Shown here one piece after another: positions 36,762 to 48,092 of a stretch of DNA of 64,000 nucleotides. Origin of the DNA: an uncultured Candidatus Binatia bacterium. Its GTDB lineage: Bacteria > Desulfobacterota > Binatia > Bin18. The translations under genes and the position numbers were made by a program. Each line of letters begins with the position of its first letter. Position 1 is the stretch's first letter. The DNA lies in contig OZ241744.1 in assembly GCA_965200965.1 (NCBI GenBank), positions 64,001-128,000 on the forward strand, written 5' to 3'. The notes under the pieces are model-generated. The model was not told where the DNA came from. It searched no databases and saw only the letters and a program-made list of their open reading frames with translations.

Positions 36762-39700
36762 ATGCCCAAACGAACCGACATTGACGCTATTCTCCTGATT
36801 GGCTCCGGGCCGATCATGATCGGCCAGGCGTGTGAGTTCGATTACTCCGGCACCCAGGCTTGCAAGGCGCTCAAGTCCGAGGGCTATCGGGTCATTCTGG
36901 TCAACTCGAATCCGGCCACGATTATGACCGACCCGGAGTTTGCCGATCGTACCTATATTGAGCCGCTGCGGCCTGAAATCGTGGAAAAAATTATCGCCCA
37001 CGAGCGTCCCGACGCGCTGCTGCCGACCATTGGCGGACAGACCGGCCTCAACTTGGCCATAGACTTGGCCGAGGCCGGGGTGCTTGACTGCTATGGGGTT
37101 GAGCTGGTCGGTGCCAAGCTGCCGGCGATTAAAAAAGCCGAAGACCGGGACCTGTTTAAGGCCGCTATGGAGCGTATCGGGCTTGACCTGCCGCGCAGCG
37201 GCTATGCCCACTCCTACCAGGAGGCCGAGCAGGTGTTGCACCAACTCGGCCTCCCGCTGATTGTCCGCCCGTCACGGACGCTGGGTGGGGCCGGCGGCGG
37301 TATTGTCGAGTCGCTTGACGACTTTCGACGCTTGGTCGCGTGGGGGCTGGACAGTTCTCCCAGCACCGAGGTGCTGATTGAAGAATCAATTGCGGGCTGG
37401 AAAGAGTTTGAGCTCGAGGTCATGCGCGACACCAAGGACAATGTCGTCATTGTCTGCTCAATTGAAAACCTCGATCCCATGGGCGTTCACACCGGCGACT
37501 CGATCACGGTTGCGCCGGCCCAAACCCTGACCGACAAAGAGTATCAACTCATGCGGGATGCAGCCCTGCGGATCATCCGTGAGGTCGGGGTGGATACTGG
37601 CGGCTCAAATATCCAGTTTGCCGTTGATCCCGCCAGCGGCCGGATGGTGGTCATTGAGATGAACCCGCGCGTCTCCCGCTCGTCGGCCCTGGCCAGCAAG
37701 GCGACCGGCTTTCCGATTGCCAAAATTGCGGCCAAGCTGGCGGTTGGCTATACGCTTGACGAGATTCCGAACGACATCACGCGCGAAACCCCAGCGAGTT
37801 TTGAACCGACGCTTGACTACGTCGTGGTCAAGATGCCGCGTTTTACCTTCGATAAGTTTCCCCAGGCCGACAGTGTGCTGGGGCCACAGATGAAATCAGT
37901 CGGCGAAGCCATGTCGATCGGGCGGACATTTAAAGAAGCATTACACAAAGCGCTCCGGTCTTTGGAAATCGGGAGTTCTGGGCTGGACGAGCGGTTTGAA
38001 AAGGTCAAGGGGGGAGACTCCGAGAGCCGACAAGAGGCGCTGCGGTACATCCGTGGCCATCTCCGCACGCCCCGGGCCGACCGCCTGTGGTATGTGGCCG
38101 AGGCGCTGCGCCTGGGCCTGTCGGTTGAAGAGTTGTATCGGATTACCAGAATTGATCCGTGGTTCTTAGACAATCTTGTCCAGATTCTCGACTTTGAGTC
38201 GGAGCTGCACACCGCCCCCCTCTCCCTTGAGCAGCCCCACATCCTGCGAACGGCCAAGGAGATGGGCTTTTCCGATTGTCGCCTGGCTGAGCTGGCCGGC
38301 CGCAACGAGACCGAGGTGCGCCAGTTGCGCGAACAGCACGGTATTACGCCGGTGTATAAAACGGTCGATACCTGCGCCGCCGAGTTTGTGGCCCATACCC
38401 CATATCTCTACTCAAGCTATGAGGGCGAGGACGAGGCCGGACCGACCACGCGCCGCAAGGTGATGATTCTGGGTGGCGGACCCAACCGCATCGGTCAGGG
38501 CATTGAGTTTGATTACTGCTGTGTTCACGCTGCCTTTGCCCTGAAGGACGACGGGTTTGAGACTATTATGGTCAACTGCAACCCGGAGACGGTGAGCACG
38601 GATTACGACACCTCGGATAAACTCTACTTTGAGCCGCTGACGTTTGAGGACGTATTGAGCATTGTGCGGGTCGAGCGACCGTTTGGGGTGATCGTGCAGT
38701 TTGGCGGCCAGACGCCGCTCAAACTGGCCGTACCGCTGGAGCAAGCCGGAGTGCCCATCCTGGGCACCAGCCCCGACTCCATTGACCGGGCTGAAGACCG
38801 GGAACGCTTTAAGGCCGTGCTCGAAAAACTCAGCCTGCGCCAGCCGCCAAACGGTATCGCTCGCTCAGCCGAAGAAGCGTTATGGATTGCCGAGCAAATC
38901 AGCTATCCGACCCTGGTCCGGCCGTCCTATGTGTTGGGCGGGCGGGCCATGCAGATGGTATATGACCGGGACAGCCTGCGGCGCTATATGCGCGAGGCAG
39001 TCTCGGTCTCGCCCGAACATCCGGTCCTGATCGACAAGTTTCTTGACAATGCGACCGAGGTTGATGTGGACGCGGTCAGCGACGGCCGGGATGTGGTTAT
39101 TGGCGGCATCATGGAGCACGTTGAACTGGCCGGAGTACACTCAGGAGATAGCGCCTGCTCGCTACCGCCCCGGAGTTTATCGCCGGCCGTCCAGAATGAG
39201 ATCCGGCACCAGACGACGCTGTTGGCCACTGAACTGCGGGTGGTGGGTCTGATCAATATCCAGTTTGCCGTCCAGGACCACACCGTCTATGTTCTGGAAG
39301 CCAATCCGCGCGCCTCTCGCACGGTGCCGTTTGTGAGCAAAGCGATTGGCCTGCCGCTGGCCAAGACCGCCGCCCGGGTCATGGGCGGCAAGACCTTGGC
39401 CGAACTCGGCTATACCCACGAGATTGTACCCAAACACGTCAGCGTCAAAGAGGCAGTCTTTCCCTTCATCAAGTTTCCCGGGGTCGATACCGTGCTGGGC
39501 CCGGAGATGAAATCGACCGGCGAGGTCATGGGCATTGACGCCGCTTTTGGGACAGCGTTTGCCAAAGCTCAGCTCGCCGCCGGGACGGTGCTGCCGATGC
39601 ACGGCCAAGCCGTGCTCAGCATCAGAGACCAGGATAAAGCCGCGGCTCTGTCGGTCGCCCAGCGTCTGGTCGAGAACGGCTTCCGGCTGGTGGCGACCCG

Positions 39701-39998
39701 GGGAACCGCCGCCTACCTGCGCAAGGCCGGTCTCAGCGTTGAAAGCGTCAATAAGGTCAAAGACGGTTCGCCCCACATTGTTGACGCCATACAGACCGGA
39801 ACTATTGCCCTGGTCATCAATACCACCGACGGCAGGCAGTCGCTGACCGACTCTTTTTCCATCCGCCGTACCGCCCTGGAGTGTCGAGTGCCGTATTTTA
39901 CCACCATTGCCGGCGCTGATGCCGCGGCTGAGGGCCTCAGCCGTTTGCGCCGCGGCTTGCTCGTCGTGAAGCCGGTGCAGGAGTATCATGCGCGGTAA
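36762..39998 (+). CDS. carB: Carbamoyl-phosphate synthase large subunit
   Basis: [24 protein letters not shown], two ATP-grasp domains, MGS domain. Confidence 0.98.
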   Translation: MPKRTDIDAILLIGSGPIMIGQACEFDYSGTQACKALKSEGYRVILVNSNPATIMTDPEFADRTYIEPLRPEIVEKIIAHERPDALLPTIGGQTGLNLAIDLAEAGVLDCYGVELVGAKLPAIKKAEDRDLFKAAMERIGLDLPRSGYAHSYQEAEQVLHQLGLPLIVRPSRTLGGAGGGIVESLDDFRRLVAWGLDSSPSTEVLIEESIAGWKEFELEVMRDTKDNVVIVCSIENLDPMGVHTGDSITVAPAQTLTDKEYQLMRDAALRIIREVGVDTGGSNIQFAVDPASGRMVVIEMNPRVSRSSALASKATGFPIAKIAAKLAVGYTLDEIPNDITRETPASFEPTLDYVVVKMPRFTFDKFPQADSVLGPQMKSVGEAMSIGRTFKEALHKALRSLEIGSSGLDERFEKVKGGDSESRQEALRYIRGHLRTPRADRLWYVAEALRLGLSVEELYRITRIDPWFLDNLVQILDFESELHTAPLSLEQPHILRTAKEMGFSDCRLAELAGRNETEVRQLREQHGITPVYKTVDTCAAEFVAHTPYLYSSYEGEDEAGPTTRRKVMILGGGPNRIGQGIEFDYCCVHAAFALKDDGFETIMVNCNPETVSTDYDTSDKLYFEPLTFEDVLSIVRVERPFGVIVQFGGQTPLKLAVPLEQAGVPILGTSPDSIDRAEDRERFKAVLEKLSLRQPPNGIARSAEEALWIAEQISYPTLVRPSYVLGGRAMQMVYDRDSLRRYMREAVSVSPEHPVLIDKFLDNATEVDVDAVSDGRDVVIGGIMEHVELAGVHSGDSACSLPPRSLSPAVQNEIRHQTTLLATELRVVGLINIQFAVQDHTVYVLEANPRASRTVPFVSKAIGLPLAKTAARVMGGKTLAELGYTHEIVPKHVSVKEAVFPFIKFPGVDTVLGPEMKSTGEVMGIDAAFGTAFAKAQLAAGTVLPMHGQAVLSIRDQDKAAALSVAQRLVENGFRLVATRGTAAYLRKAGLSVESVNKVKDGSPHIVDAIQTGTIALVINTTDGRQSLTDSFSIRRTALECRVPYFTTIAGADAAAEGLSRLRRGLLVVKPVQEYHAR

Positions 39999-40012
39999 GC
40001 GGAGATGTTCCT

Positions 40013-42145
40013 GTGTCTGAGCGTTCCGCACCGCAGCCGCCGACCCCTCGCCCTTTCCGTTCTGCGCCAGCGCTGAAAAAACCTGCCCAGTATGTGAAGG
40101 GGGTCGGGCCCAAGCGTGCCCAGCAGTTGGCGCGGCTGGGCATCCACACGGTGGAGGACCTGCTGTATCACCTGCCATTCCGCTATCAGGACCGCCGCCA
40201 GCTGAAGCTGATCCGCGACCTGGCCGCCGGCGAGGAAGGGGCAACGGCGGGGCAGTTGGTTCGTATGGAACGGCGCTTTATGGGCCGGCGACGCCGTTGG
40301 GTGCTTGAAGGCGTGGTCCGGGACGAGACCGGATTTCTGTTTCTGATGTGGTATCACCAGCACCGCTATTTCCAGCAGAAATATCGGGTCGGTCAGCGGG
40401 TTCTGCTGTTCGGCAAGGTTGACCTCGGCCTCAAGGGCGGCAAGTGGATGATCCACCCGGATATGGAGTTGGTTGACGAAGAGGAGCAGGCGGCTCGTAT
40501 CCTGCCCATCTACAACAAAACAACCGAGATGACGGTTGCTGCCATGCGCCGCCTTGTGCATGGCGTGGTCAAGGCGTATGCCGATCTGGTGCCCAAATGC
40601 CTGCCGCCCGAGTGCAGCCCGCGTTTGGGCCTGATGGACCTGAGCACCGCCCTGCGCTACCTGCACATGCCGCCGGCCGATGCTGACCTCAAGCCGCTCA
40701 ACGAGGTGACATCCGAGGCGCATCGGGCGGTTGTCTTTGACGAACTCTTCTACCTCCAGTTAGGCATGACACTGCGGCGGCGAAGTCTGGTCAAAGAGGA
40801 TGGTCTGTCTATTGTGCCGGGAATGCTCTCGACCCGTCTGCGCGAGGTCCTGCCCTTTCGTCTGACCGCGGCTCAGGAGCGTGTTCTGGAAGCCATCCAC
40901 CGTGATATGGCCGCCCCCCATCCGATGAACCGTCTGGTCCAGGGCGATGTCGGTTCGGGCAAAACGATGGTCGCCTTCAGCACCGCTATGGCGGCCCTTG
41001 ACAGTGGCTTCCAGGTCGCCTTTATGTCCCCGACCGAACTCTTGGCCGAGCAGCATTTTCGCACCCTCAGCCCCCTGGCCGACGCGCTCCAGGTGTCTAT
41101 CGCGCTGTTGACCGGCGGTACCAAACGCAAACATGAAGTGTACGGCAGGCTGGAGCGGGGCGAGATTGAGATTGTGGTCGGGACCCACGCCCTTATTCAA
41201 GAGGGGGTGGGTTTTCGTCAGCTCGGCTTAGCCATTGTGGATGAGCAGCACCGCTTTGGGGTGATGCAGCGCGCCGCCCTCAAACGACACGGTGCCAACC
41301 CGGACCTGCTGCTGATGACCGCCACCCCGATTCCGCGCACCCTGGCGCTGACTATCTACGGGGACCTTGAGGTATCGGTGATTGACGAGTTGCCGCCCGG
41401 CCGGAAACCGGTTGCCACCCGTGTTTTTCACGAAGGCGAACGCCAGCAGGCCTACCGGCTGGTCAAAGACCATCTCGACCGTGGCCATCAGGCGTATGTA
41501 GTCTACCCGTTGGTTGAAGAATCAGAGAAATCAGACTTGAAAGCCGCGACTAGCATGGCCGAAGAATTAGCCGCCGGCGTCTTTCGGAGTTATGCCGTGG
41601 CCCTCCTCCACGGCCGCATGAAAAGTGATGCCAAGGACGAGATTATGAGAGGTTTTCAAAATGGCGACTATCAGTTGCTCGTTTCAACGACCGTCATTGA
41701 AGTTGGCATTGATGTGCCCAACGCCACGGTCATGTTGATTGAACATGCCGAGCGCTTTGGCCTCTCCCAGCTCCACCAGCTGCGCGGACGGGTCGGGCGT
41801 GGACAGGCTGAGTCCGAGTGTCTTCTGTTGGCCCAGTATACGCCGGCCGACGAATCCATCCGGCGCCTTCAGGTCATGGCTGACTCCAACGACGGCTTTC
41901 GGATCGCCGAGGCCGACCTGGCCTTTCGGGGGCCGGGGGAATTTCTCGGCACGCGCCAGTCCGGTCTGCCCGATTTTCGGGTCGCCAACATCGTCCGTGA
42001 CAGCCGCATCCTGGAAACCGCTCGGCAGGAAGCCCAAGCCTGGCTGGAAAAAGACCCCGATTTGCGCTCCCCGGCCTCCCGGAAGATGCGGGCGATTCTG
42101 GAGGAACGCTGGGCCGGGCGCCTGGAACTGGCCCGGGTGGGCTAG
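40013..42145 (+). CDS. recG: ATP-dependent DNA helicase RecG
   Basis: QGDVGSGKT, DEQHRFG, TATPIPRT, QLRGRVGRG. Confidence 0.96.
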   Translation: MSERSAPQPPTPRPFRSAPALKKPAQYVKGVGPKRAQQLARLGIHTVEDLLYHLPFRYQDRRQLKLIRDLAAGEEGATAGQLVRMERRFMGRRRRWVLEGVVRDETGFLFLMWYHQHRYFQQKYRVGQRVLLFGKVDLGLKGGKWMIHPDMELVDEEEQAARILPIYNKTTEMTVAAMRRLVHGVVKAYADLVPKCLPPECSPRLGLMDLSTALRYLHMPPADADLKPLNEVTSEAHRAVVFDELFYLQLGMTLRRRSLVKEDGLSIVPGMLSTRLREVLPFRLTAAQERVLEAIHRDMAAPHPMNRLVQGDVGSGKTMVAFSTAMAALDSGFQVAFMSPTELLAEQHFRTLSPLADALQVSIALLTGGTKRKHEVYGRLERGEIEIVVGTHALIQEGVGFRQLGLAIVDEQHRFGVMQRAALKRHGANPDLLLMTATPIPRTLALTIYGDLEVSVIDELPPGRKPVATRVFHEGERQQAYRLVKDHLDRGHQAYVVYPLVEESEKSDLKAATSMAEELAAGVFRSYAVALLHGRMKSDAKDEIMRGFQNGDYQLLVSTTVIEVGIDVPNATVMLIEHAERFGLSQLHQLRGRVGRGQAESECLLLAQYTPADESIRRLQVMADSNDGFRIAEADLAFRGPGEFLGTRQSGLPDFRVANIVRDSRILETARQEAQAWLEKDPDLRSPASRKMRAILEERWAGRLELARVG

Positions 42146-42244
42146 GCAGCGTTTCGACAGAGTTGTGCCCGCTGAGCTTGTCTGACAAGGCTCTTTACTT
42201 TTACGGTATCGTTCAGGTACGCTTACCAGCGAACAGGAGAATGT

Positions 42245-43021
42245 ATGGTGCGTAAGACTTGCCTGGTGTGGCCACTGGCGTGGATAAGCCTGATGAGTTG
42301 GACAGGGCTGGCAGCAGCCCAAGCCCTGGAGTCGTCGCTTGAGGCCCAGACCGAAGCAACGCAAGCCGGTATCCACTCTCAGGAAAAAATTGACCGCCTC
42401 GACGACGAGGCCCAGCAGTTACTCAGCACCTACCGGGGGATTGTCCAGCAGACCGAGAGCCTCCGGGTGTATACCGAGCAGCTTGACCGTATGCTCGCCG
42501 CCCAAGAGCAGGAAGTGGCCTCTCTCGGTGTGCAGTTGCAGGAGATTGAGGTCACACAACGCGATATTGTGCCCCTGCTGGTCCGTATGCTGGAGCGCCT
42601 TGAGCAGTTTGTCGCCCTGGATATTCCCTTCTTGCCCGGAGAACGCCAGGCGCGTCTGGTCAGTCTGCGGGGTTGGCTTGATCAGTCCGATCTGGTGGTT
42701 GCCGAGAAGTACCGCCGCATCATGGAAGCCTATCAAGTCGAGATGGAATACGGTCGGACGCTTGAGGCCTACCGGGGAGGGTTGACCCGCGACGGTCAGG
42801 AACGAACGGTTGACTTCTTGCGGGTTGGCCGGCTGGCACTGCTCTATCAGAGCCTGGACGGCCACCAGGTCGGGCAGTGGAATCAGGCTGCCCGGCAGTG
42901 GGAGCCGCTGCCTCAGACCTACCAGGCAGCCATTGCGCGTGGCCTGCTGGTTGCCCAGAGACAATCGACCCCGCAGATGCTCACACTGCCTGTTCCCGCT
43001 CCAAATGAGGTGACACGGTGA
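42245..43021 (+). CDS. DUF3450-family periplasmic protein of a TonB2/Ttp-type operon
   Basis: Signal peptide, coiled coil, DIPFLPGER, EMEYGR, VDFLRVGR. Confidence 0.85.
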   Translation: MVRKTCLVWPLAWISLMSWTGLAAAQALESSLEAQTEATQAGIHSQEKIDRLDDEAQQLLSTYRGIVQQTESLRVYTEQLDRMLAAQEQEVASLGVQLQEIEVTQRDIVPLLVRMLERLEQFVALDIPFLPGERQARLVSLRGWLDQSDLVVAEKYRRIMEAYQVEMEYGRTLEAYRGGLTRDGQERTVDFLRVGRLALLYQSLDGHQVGQWNQAARQWEPLPQTYQAAIARGLLVAQRQSTPQMLTLPVPAPNEVTR

Positions 43022-44403
43022 GGAGAATATACTGGAGTCTGGCGTGGCTCGCGTTCCTGGCTCTGCCCGGCTGGTCAAACCCCGCCGCCCAAGAAGCTCC
43101 GAGTTCGCTTGATGAACTGCTCAAGCGTGTTCAGGCCGAGCGACAAGCCGATTCCAAGCTGCACTCTGAACGCGAAGCCCGTTTTGTCGCAGAGCGTGAC
43201 CAGCAGCAGCAGCGCCTCCGGCAGGCCAGGGCAGACCTTGACCAAGTCAAGCGCCAGAGCGAACAAAAGCGGGCGGCTTTTGAGCAGAACGAAGACCGCC
43301 TGGAAGAGTTGCGCACCCAGCTCAATGAGCGGGCAGCGTCGCTGGGCGAACTGTTCGGCGTGGTCCGTCAAGTGGCGCGTGATACCGCCGGCCTGCTTGA
43401 CAGCTCACTTGTGTCCGCCCAGCTCGGCGACCGCGCTGATTTTCTCTACACCCTGGGCGAGAGCAAAGAACTGCCCTCGCTGGAAGAACTCGAACAGGTG
43501 TGGCTCGGGCTGTTGGAAGAGATGGCGCAGTCTGGGCGGGTCGTGAAATTCCCGGCGACGGTCGTTGACGCCACTGGCGAACAGTCGGAGCGCGAGGTCG
43601 TCCGGGTCGGGACATTCAACAGCGTCTCGCAGGGACAATACCTGCGCTATGTGCCAGAGACGCACCAACTCGTAGAGTTGACACGCCAGCCACCACAGCA
43701 GTTCCAGAGCGCCGCCCAAGACCTTGAACAGACAACCGAAGGCTACAGCGCTTTCGGCGTAGACCCGTCCCGGGGGGCTATTCTCGCCGCCCTCGTCCAG
43801 ACGCCAGATGTGTGGGAACGTCTCAATCAGGGCGGTGTCATTGGCTATATCATTCTCGCCATCGGTCTGTTGGGCCTCGTCTTGAGCCTGGAACGCATCG
43901 TCTACCTGTGGCGGGAAGGCCGGCGCATCACCGCCCAACGCCAGACCGACGCCCCACAGGCCGACAACGCGCTCGGCCGGGTGATGCTCGTCTATCACAA
44001 CGATACAGAGCAGGATGTCGCCACCCTGGAGGCCCGCCTGGACGAAGCCATCCTCAATCAGCTCCCGCGGCTCGAACGCGGCCTGTCCACCATCGGCATC
44101 CTGGCCGGGGTCGCCCCGTTGCTGGGCCTGCTCGGCACAGTCGTCGGGATGATTGATACCTTTCAGTCCATTACCCTGTTTGGGACGGGCGACCCGCGCA
44201 CCATGTCGAGCGGCATTTCACAGGCCCTGGTCACGACCCAGATGGGGCTGAGCGTGGCGATTCCGATTGTCCTCCTGCATACGATCGTATCGGGGACGAG
44301 CAGCCGACTGGTTCAGGTGCTCGATGAACAGGGGGCCGGCCTGATCGCCCAGCTCGCGGAGCAGCGGAATGAATCTTCTCGTACTCCTCCAGAATCTGCT
44401 TGA
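43018..44403 (+). CDS. Large MotA/TolQ/ExbB protein (TtpC-like)
   Basis: Long periplasmic N-terminus; APLLGLLGTVVGMI, GISQALVTT. Confidence 0.88.
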   Translation: MRRIYWSLAWLAFLALPGWSNPAAQEAPSSLDELLKRVQAERQADSKLHSEREARFVAERDQQQQRLRQARADLDQVKRQSEQKRAAFEQNEDRLEELRTQLNERAASLGELFGVVRQVARDTAGLLDSSLVSAQLGDRADFLYTLGESKELPSLEELEQVWLGLLEEMAQSGRVVKFPATVVDATGEQSEREVVRVGTFNSVSQGQYLRYVPETHQLVELTRQPPQQFQSAAQDLEQTTEGYSAFGVDPSRGAILAALVQTPDVWERLNQGGVIGYIILAIGLLGLVLSLERIVYLWREGRRITAQRQTDAPQADNALGRVMLVYHNDTEQDVATLEARLDEAILNQLPRLERGLSTIGILAGVAPLLGLLGTVVGMIDTFQSITLFGTGDPRTMSSGISQALVTTQMGLSVAIPIVLLHTIVSGTSSRLVQVLDEQGAGLIAQLAEQRNESSRTPPESA

Positions 44404-44974
44404 CCAGTTCCGACAATTCATGGCGGTCGGCGGGCCGGCGCTGTGGGCCATTCTGGTCGTGACGGTTGTGCTGGCGACGCTCATTGTTGAGCGCTATGTC
44501 TTCCTGCGCACGGGCTATCCGGCCCTGGTGCAGGCCTTGGTTCACCGCTGGGAGGCGCGTAGCGAGCGGCACTCCTGGTACGCCCGCCAGCAGCGTCGCA
44601 TGGAGATCGCCGAGGCCGACTATCAGCTGCGCCGTTCCTTGCCGCTGATTCGCTCCCTGACCGCGGTGCTGCCAATTTTAGGACTGCTGGGGACCGTCAA
44701 CGGCATGATCTCGACCTTTACCGTGATGCAGTTGTTTGGGACGGGCAACGTCAACGGTATGGCCAACGGGATTTCTGAAGCGCTGGTGACAACCATGGCC
44801 GGGCTGGTATGCGCCGTGCCCGGGCTGTACCTCGGGTCCAGCCTGACCAAGCGGGTCCAAGTGGAAGCACAAAAACTCACCGGCCTGCTGGAACTCGAAG
44901 ACGAGTTCGGCAATCCGGGCCTGCTGTGGATTCGCGCCCAAGTCGAGGCCCAGAAGCGCGCCGCCGGCCTGTAA
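44369..44974 (+). CDS. exbB: ExbB proton channel
   Basis: PILGLLGTVNGMI, GISEALVTTMAGL. Confidence 0.88.
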   Translation: MNLLVLLQNLLDQFRQFMAVGGPALWAILVVTVVLATLIVERYVFLRTGYPALVQALVHRWEARSERHSWYARQQRRMEIAEADYQLRRSLPLIRSLTAVLPILGLLGTVNGMISTFTVMQLFGTGNVNGMANGISEALVTTMAGLVCAVPGLYLGSSLTKRVQVEAQKLTGLLELEDEFGNPGLLWIRAQVEAQKRAAGL

Positions 44975-44992
44975 GATAGTGAGGAGGCAGCC

Positions 44993-45397
44993 ATGAGACG
45001 CCGTCGTGGCAGGGTCCAGGCCGAGAGCCAAGTCAATCTGACCCCCTTGATTGACATGGTATTTATTCTGCTCATCTTTTTTCTGGTGACCGCCTCATTT
45101 GTCAAGGAAGCCGGGATCGAGGTCAACCGGCCTGTTGCCCAGACGACCCAGACCAAAGAACGCGGTACAATCCACATCGCCCTGTCGGCCAGAGGGGAAA
45201 TATGGATGGAGCGGCGGCGCATTGATGTGCGAGCGGTCCGGGCCAACGTCGAACGCATGCTGGCCGACAATCCAGAGGCCGATGTGGTCGTCCTGGCGGA
45301 TACCGCAGCCCAGACCGGCCTGCTCGTGCAGGTCATGGACCAGGCTCGTCTGGCCGGCGTTAGCACGATTGCCGTGGCCGCCCGGCAGGAGGGCTAG
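44993..45397 (+). CDS. exbD: ExbD biopolymer transport protein
   Basis: NLTPLIDMVFILLIFFLVT. Confidence 0.92.
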   Translation: MRRRRGRVQAESQVNLTPLIDMVFILLIFFLVTASFVKEAGIEVNRPVAQTTQTKERGTIHIALSARGEIWMERRRIDVRAVRANVERMLADNPEADVVVLADTAAQTGLLVQVMDQARLAGVSTIAVAARQEG

Positions 45398-45400
45398 GCA

Positions 45401-46045
45401 ATGCTGAAGCGGATAACGCTGTCAGGAGGAGCCGGTCTGACGATCGGCCTCCTGATTTTTTTCTTCATGCAAGCCCTGATTTCAGGTCCGCCCAGCACAG
45501 TCCTGAACCGGGATTCCTATCCGGTCATTGACTTTGTCCGCCTGGCCCGCGAAGCCCCGCCCCCCCCCCCACCTAGACGCACGCCCCCCAAAGAGCCTCC
45601 CCCCCCGGAGACTCCGCCGGAAACCCCGAGCCTGACATCATCGCCAAGCTCTCAGCCCAGGCTGACAGCACCCAAGATCGAAATGACCGCAACAACCGGC
45701 CGGGGGCCTTTGCTCAACATGGGCCCCCTGTCGCCACCCGCCGCCCCATCGCAAGGCCCGGTCATGATGGACCAGGAACTGATCGCCCTCGTGCGTGTTC
45801 CCCCGCGCTATCCCTCCCGCGCCTCGCGCATGCAGATCGAAGGCTTTGTCACGGTTGAGTTTACGATTACCAAAGATGGAAGCGTCCGCGACCCGGTGGT
45901 GATTGAGTCTTCTCCCGCCAGGGTATTTGACCGGGCCGCCCTGCGGGCCATTGTCCAGTGGAAGTTCAAACCCCGCACCCAGGATGGCCGGGCGGTTGAC
46001 TCGCGGGCCTCGCAGCGGATCGACTTTGCGTTGAGGGATAGCTGA
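45401..46045 (+). CDS. tonB: Energy transducer TonB
   Basis: N-terminal TM helix, Pro-rich linker, PRYP...EGFVTVEFTI...WKFKP. Confidence 0.92.
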   Translation: MLKRITLSGGAGLTIGLLIFFFMQALISGPPSTVLNRDSYPVIDFVRLAREAPPPPPPRRTPPKEPPPPETPPETPSLTSSPSSQPRLTAPKIEMTATTGRGPLLNMGPLSPPAAPSQGPVMMDQELIALVRVPPRYPSRASRMQIEGFVTVEFTITKDGSVRDPVVIESSPARVFDRAALRAIVQWKFKPRTQDGRAVDSRASQRIDFALRDS

Positions 46046-46046
46046 G

Positions 46047-47312
46047 GTGAGCCGGCTACCCACCTGCCATACGCGGCAGTTCAGGCTGACCAGCGGCCTG
46101 GCACTCGTGTTCCTGTGCATCGCACCGCTCCGAGCCGCAGAACAAACCCTGTCCCAAAAAGTCTACGATCAGCTCCTTCAGGCCCAGGAGTTGACTGAGC
46201 AGAGGCAGAATCAACAAGCCCTGAGCCAACTCCAGACCCTCTCCCAAGACCCCGAGCTCAGCCCCTACGAGGTAGCCCTCGTGCAACAGGCCTTAGGCCA
46301 TGTCCACGCTTCCCTCGAGCAGTACGGCCAAGCTGCCGATGTGTTTCAGCAAAGCCTGGCCAGCCAAGCCCTGCCGCCCGAGCGGGCGCAGACCGTGCGC
46401 TATAATCTGGCCCAGATTCTGATCGCCGCCCAGCGTTATGAGGAAGGCGCGCGCTTTCTTGAACTCTGGCTGGCCGAAGAAGCCCAGCCCAAGCCGCAAG
46501 CCCGGGCCTCCCTGGCCCAGGTCTACAGCCAACTCAAACGCTATGCCGACGCCGAGCAGAACATCCAGCAGGCGATTCGCCAGGCCGGCACCTTCCATGA
46601 GGAGTGGCACCAGCTGCTCCTGTTTGTGTATGTTGAGCAGCAACAATGGTCTCAGGCCGCCGCGGTACTCAACCAGCTGCTCCACCGCCAGCCGCGCAAA
46701 AAAACCTACTGGTTACAGCTTTCACAGATGTACATCGAGGCTGGACAGCAGGGCCGGGCGGCCTCAGCCCTGGCCCTGGCCCACAAACTCGGACTCCTTG
46801 AAGAGCAAGAAGTCCTGTACGTCGTCCAGTCCTATCTGCACCTCGGCCTGCCCTATAAAGCCGGCGATATCCTGCACACCGGATTGGCAACCCAGACCGT
46901 GGCCGATACCCCGGCCCACCAGGAATTACTGGTGACCTGCTGGCTGTACGCCAAAGAGTATCAACGCGCGCTTGATGTGCTTGAACGCAGCGCCCAGCGT
47001 GCCGAGAGCGGACGCCTCGATATCCGCCGGGCCGAACTGCTGGCCCAGCTGGAACGCTGGTCGGATGCCGCGCTGGCCGCGGACCTCGGGATCAAAAAAG
47101 GCGGCCTTGAAGACACCGGACATGCCTATATTCTGCTGGGTATTGCGCAGTACCGGTCTGGAAACCTGGCCGCCAGCAAAGACACCTTCACCAGCGCAAC
47201 CAGCCATAAGCGCGTTGCCAGGCAGGCCGGGCAATGGCTGCGCATCATCAACCAGCAAGAGCGCCAAGACCTCGAGCGATCGGCAGAGAGCCCGCCGAGT
47301 CCAATAGCCTAG
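46047..47312 (+). CDS. TPR-repeat periplasmic protein of the TonB operon
   Basis: Signal peptide and multiple TPR-like helices; last gene of the operon. Confidence 0.8.
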   Translation: MSRLPTCHTRQFRLTSGLALVFLCIAPLRAAEQTLSQKVYDQLLQAQELTEQRQNQQALSQLQTLSQDPELSPYEVALVQQALGHVHASLEQYGQAADVFQQSLASQALPPERAQTVRYNLAQILIAAQRYEEGARFLELWLAEEAQPKPQARASLAQVYSQLKRYADAEQNIQQAIRQAGTFHEEWHQLLLFVYVEQQQWSQAAAVLNQLLHRQPRKKTYWLQLSQMYIEAGQQGRAASALALAHKLGLLEEQEVLYVVQSYLHLGLPYKAGDILHTGLATQTVADTPAHQELLVTCWLYAKEYQRALDVLERSAQRAESGRLDIRRAELLAQLERWSDAALAADLGIKKGGLEDTGHAYILLGIAQYRSGNLAASKDTFTSATSHKRVARQAGQWLRIINQQERQDLERSAESPPSPIA

Positions 47313-47860
47313 GCCGTGTCGCACTGACAGATGACAAAGCAGCACCTCTCACACTTTTGCAGCGGTGTCAGACCCGGGTGAGAAATACTCTGTCGGGGGT
47401 CAATATATTCGGTGGCCGTATTCAGGTCTATGTCCATCAGCGGCCTCTGGGCGCACCGCACACAGCCCTCAGTGCGGGTGTTATTCTTGATACAGCCGCG
47501 CAGCAGCACAGGCGAGCCGCAGCCGATCGTGCGCTCCACATCAAGGCCGAAAAAATGAAATCCGCTGCCGTGCCGATTGGTGACATAGTCCAGCCGGGTT
47601 CCTCTCAGGTGGACCGCGCTGGTCGGATCAAGATAGGTCGTGATGCCATCCTGGACAAGGATGAGATCGTCATCACGCGCGGAGTGCTCAAGGTTGAGGC
47701 TGTACTGAAAGCCCTTGCATCCTCCACCGGAAACGCTCATGCGCAGCCCCCAGCCCCCAACTCCCCCGCGGGCCAGGGTCCGCTTGATCATTGTGACCGC
47801 CTCGGCAGTCAGACAGAGTACGGGTTCTTCAGCCTGTCGCCCCTGATCCATTTGAGCCAT
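47309..47860 (-). CDS. HesB/IscA-like A-type Fe-S carrier with Cys-rich C-terminal extension
   Basis: LRMSVSGGGCKGFQY, GTRLDYV, TIGCGS. Confidence 0.75.
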   Translation of the reverse strand: MAQMDQGRQAEEPVLCLTAEAVTMIKRTLARGGVGGWGLRMSVSGGGCKGFQYSLNLEHSARDDDLILVQDGITTYLDPTSAVHLRGTRLDYVTNRHGSGFHFFGLDVERTIGCGSPVLLRGCIKNNTRTEGCVRCAQRPLMDIDLNTATEYIDPRQSISHPGLTPLQKCERCCFVICQCDTA

Positions 47861-47931
47861 ATCCCCTCCTCAACGCCTTGCTTGAGCAAACGCTTGCCCG
47901 CGCTCACGCTGTCAAGCGAACGCGGAGCGCG

Positions 47932-48075
47932 TCAGGCATAGTCATCGGTCCGATTGCGGCTCTGGGGACAGCTCCCGCAGCCGGCCCCGGCCTGAGGGCG
48001 TGGCCACAGGCGACGGCCCACATACACCGCGGCCGCGGCAACAACGGGCAGGATGATCCATGTCTGCACCTCCAT
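47932..48075 (-). CDS. FeoB-associated Cys-rich small membrane protein
   Basis: One TM helix then GCGSCP; directly downstream of feoB. Confidence 0.7.
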   Translation of the reverse strand: MEVQTWIILPVVAAAAVYVGRRLWPRPQAGAGCGSCPQSRNRTDDYA

Positions 48076-48092
48076 ACGCTTTTTCCCCAGAC

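Noticed and set aside
45558-45607. Poly-C tracts in tonB as phase-variation sites
   Set aside because: The frame is intact and the tracts encode the normal Pro-rich TonB linker.
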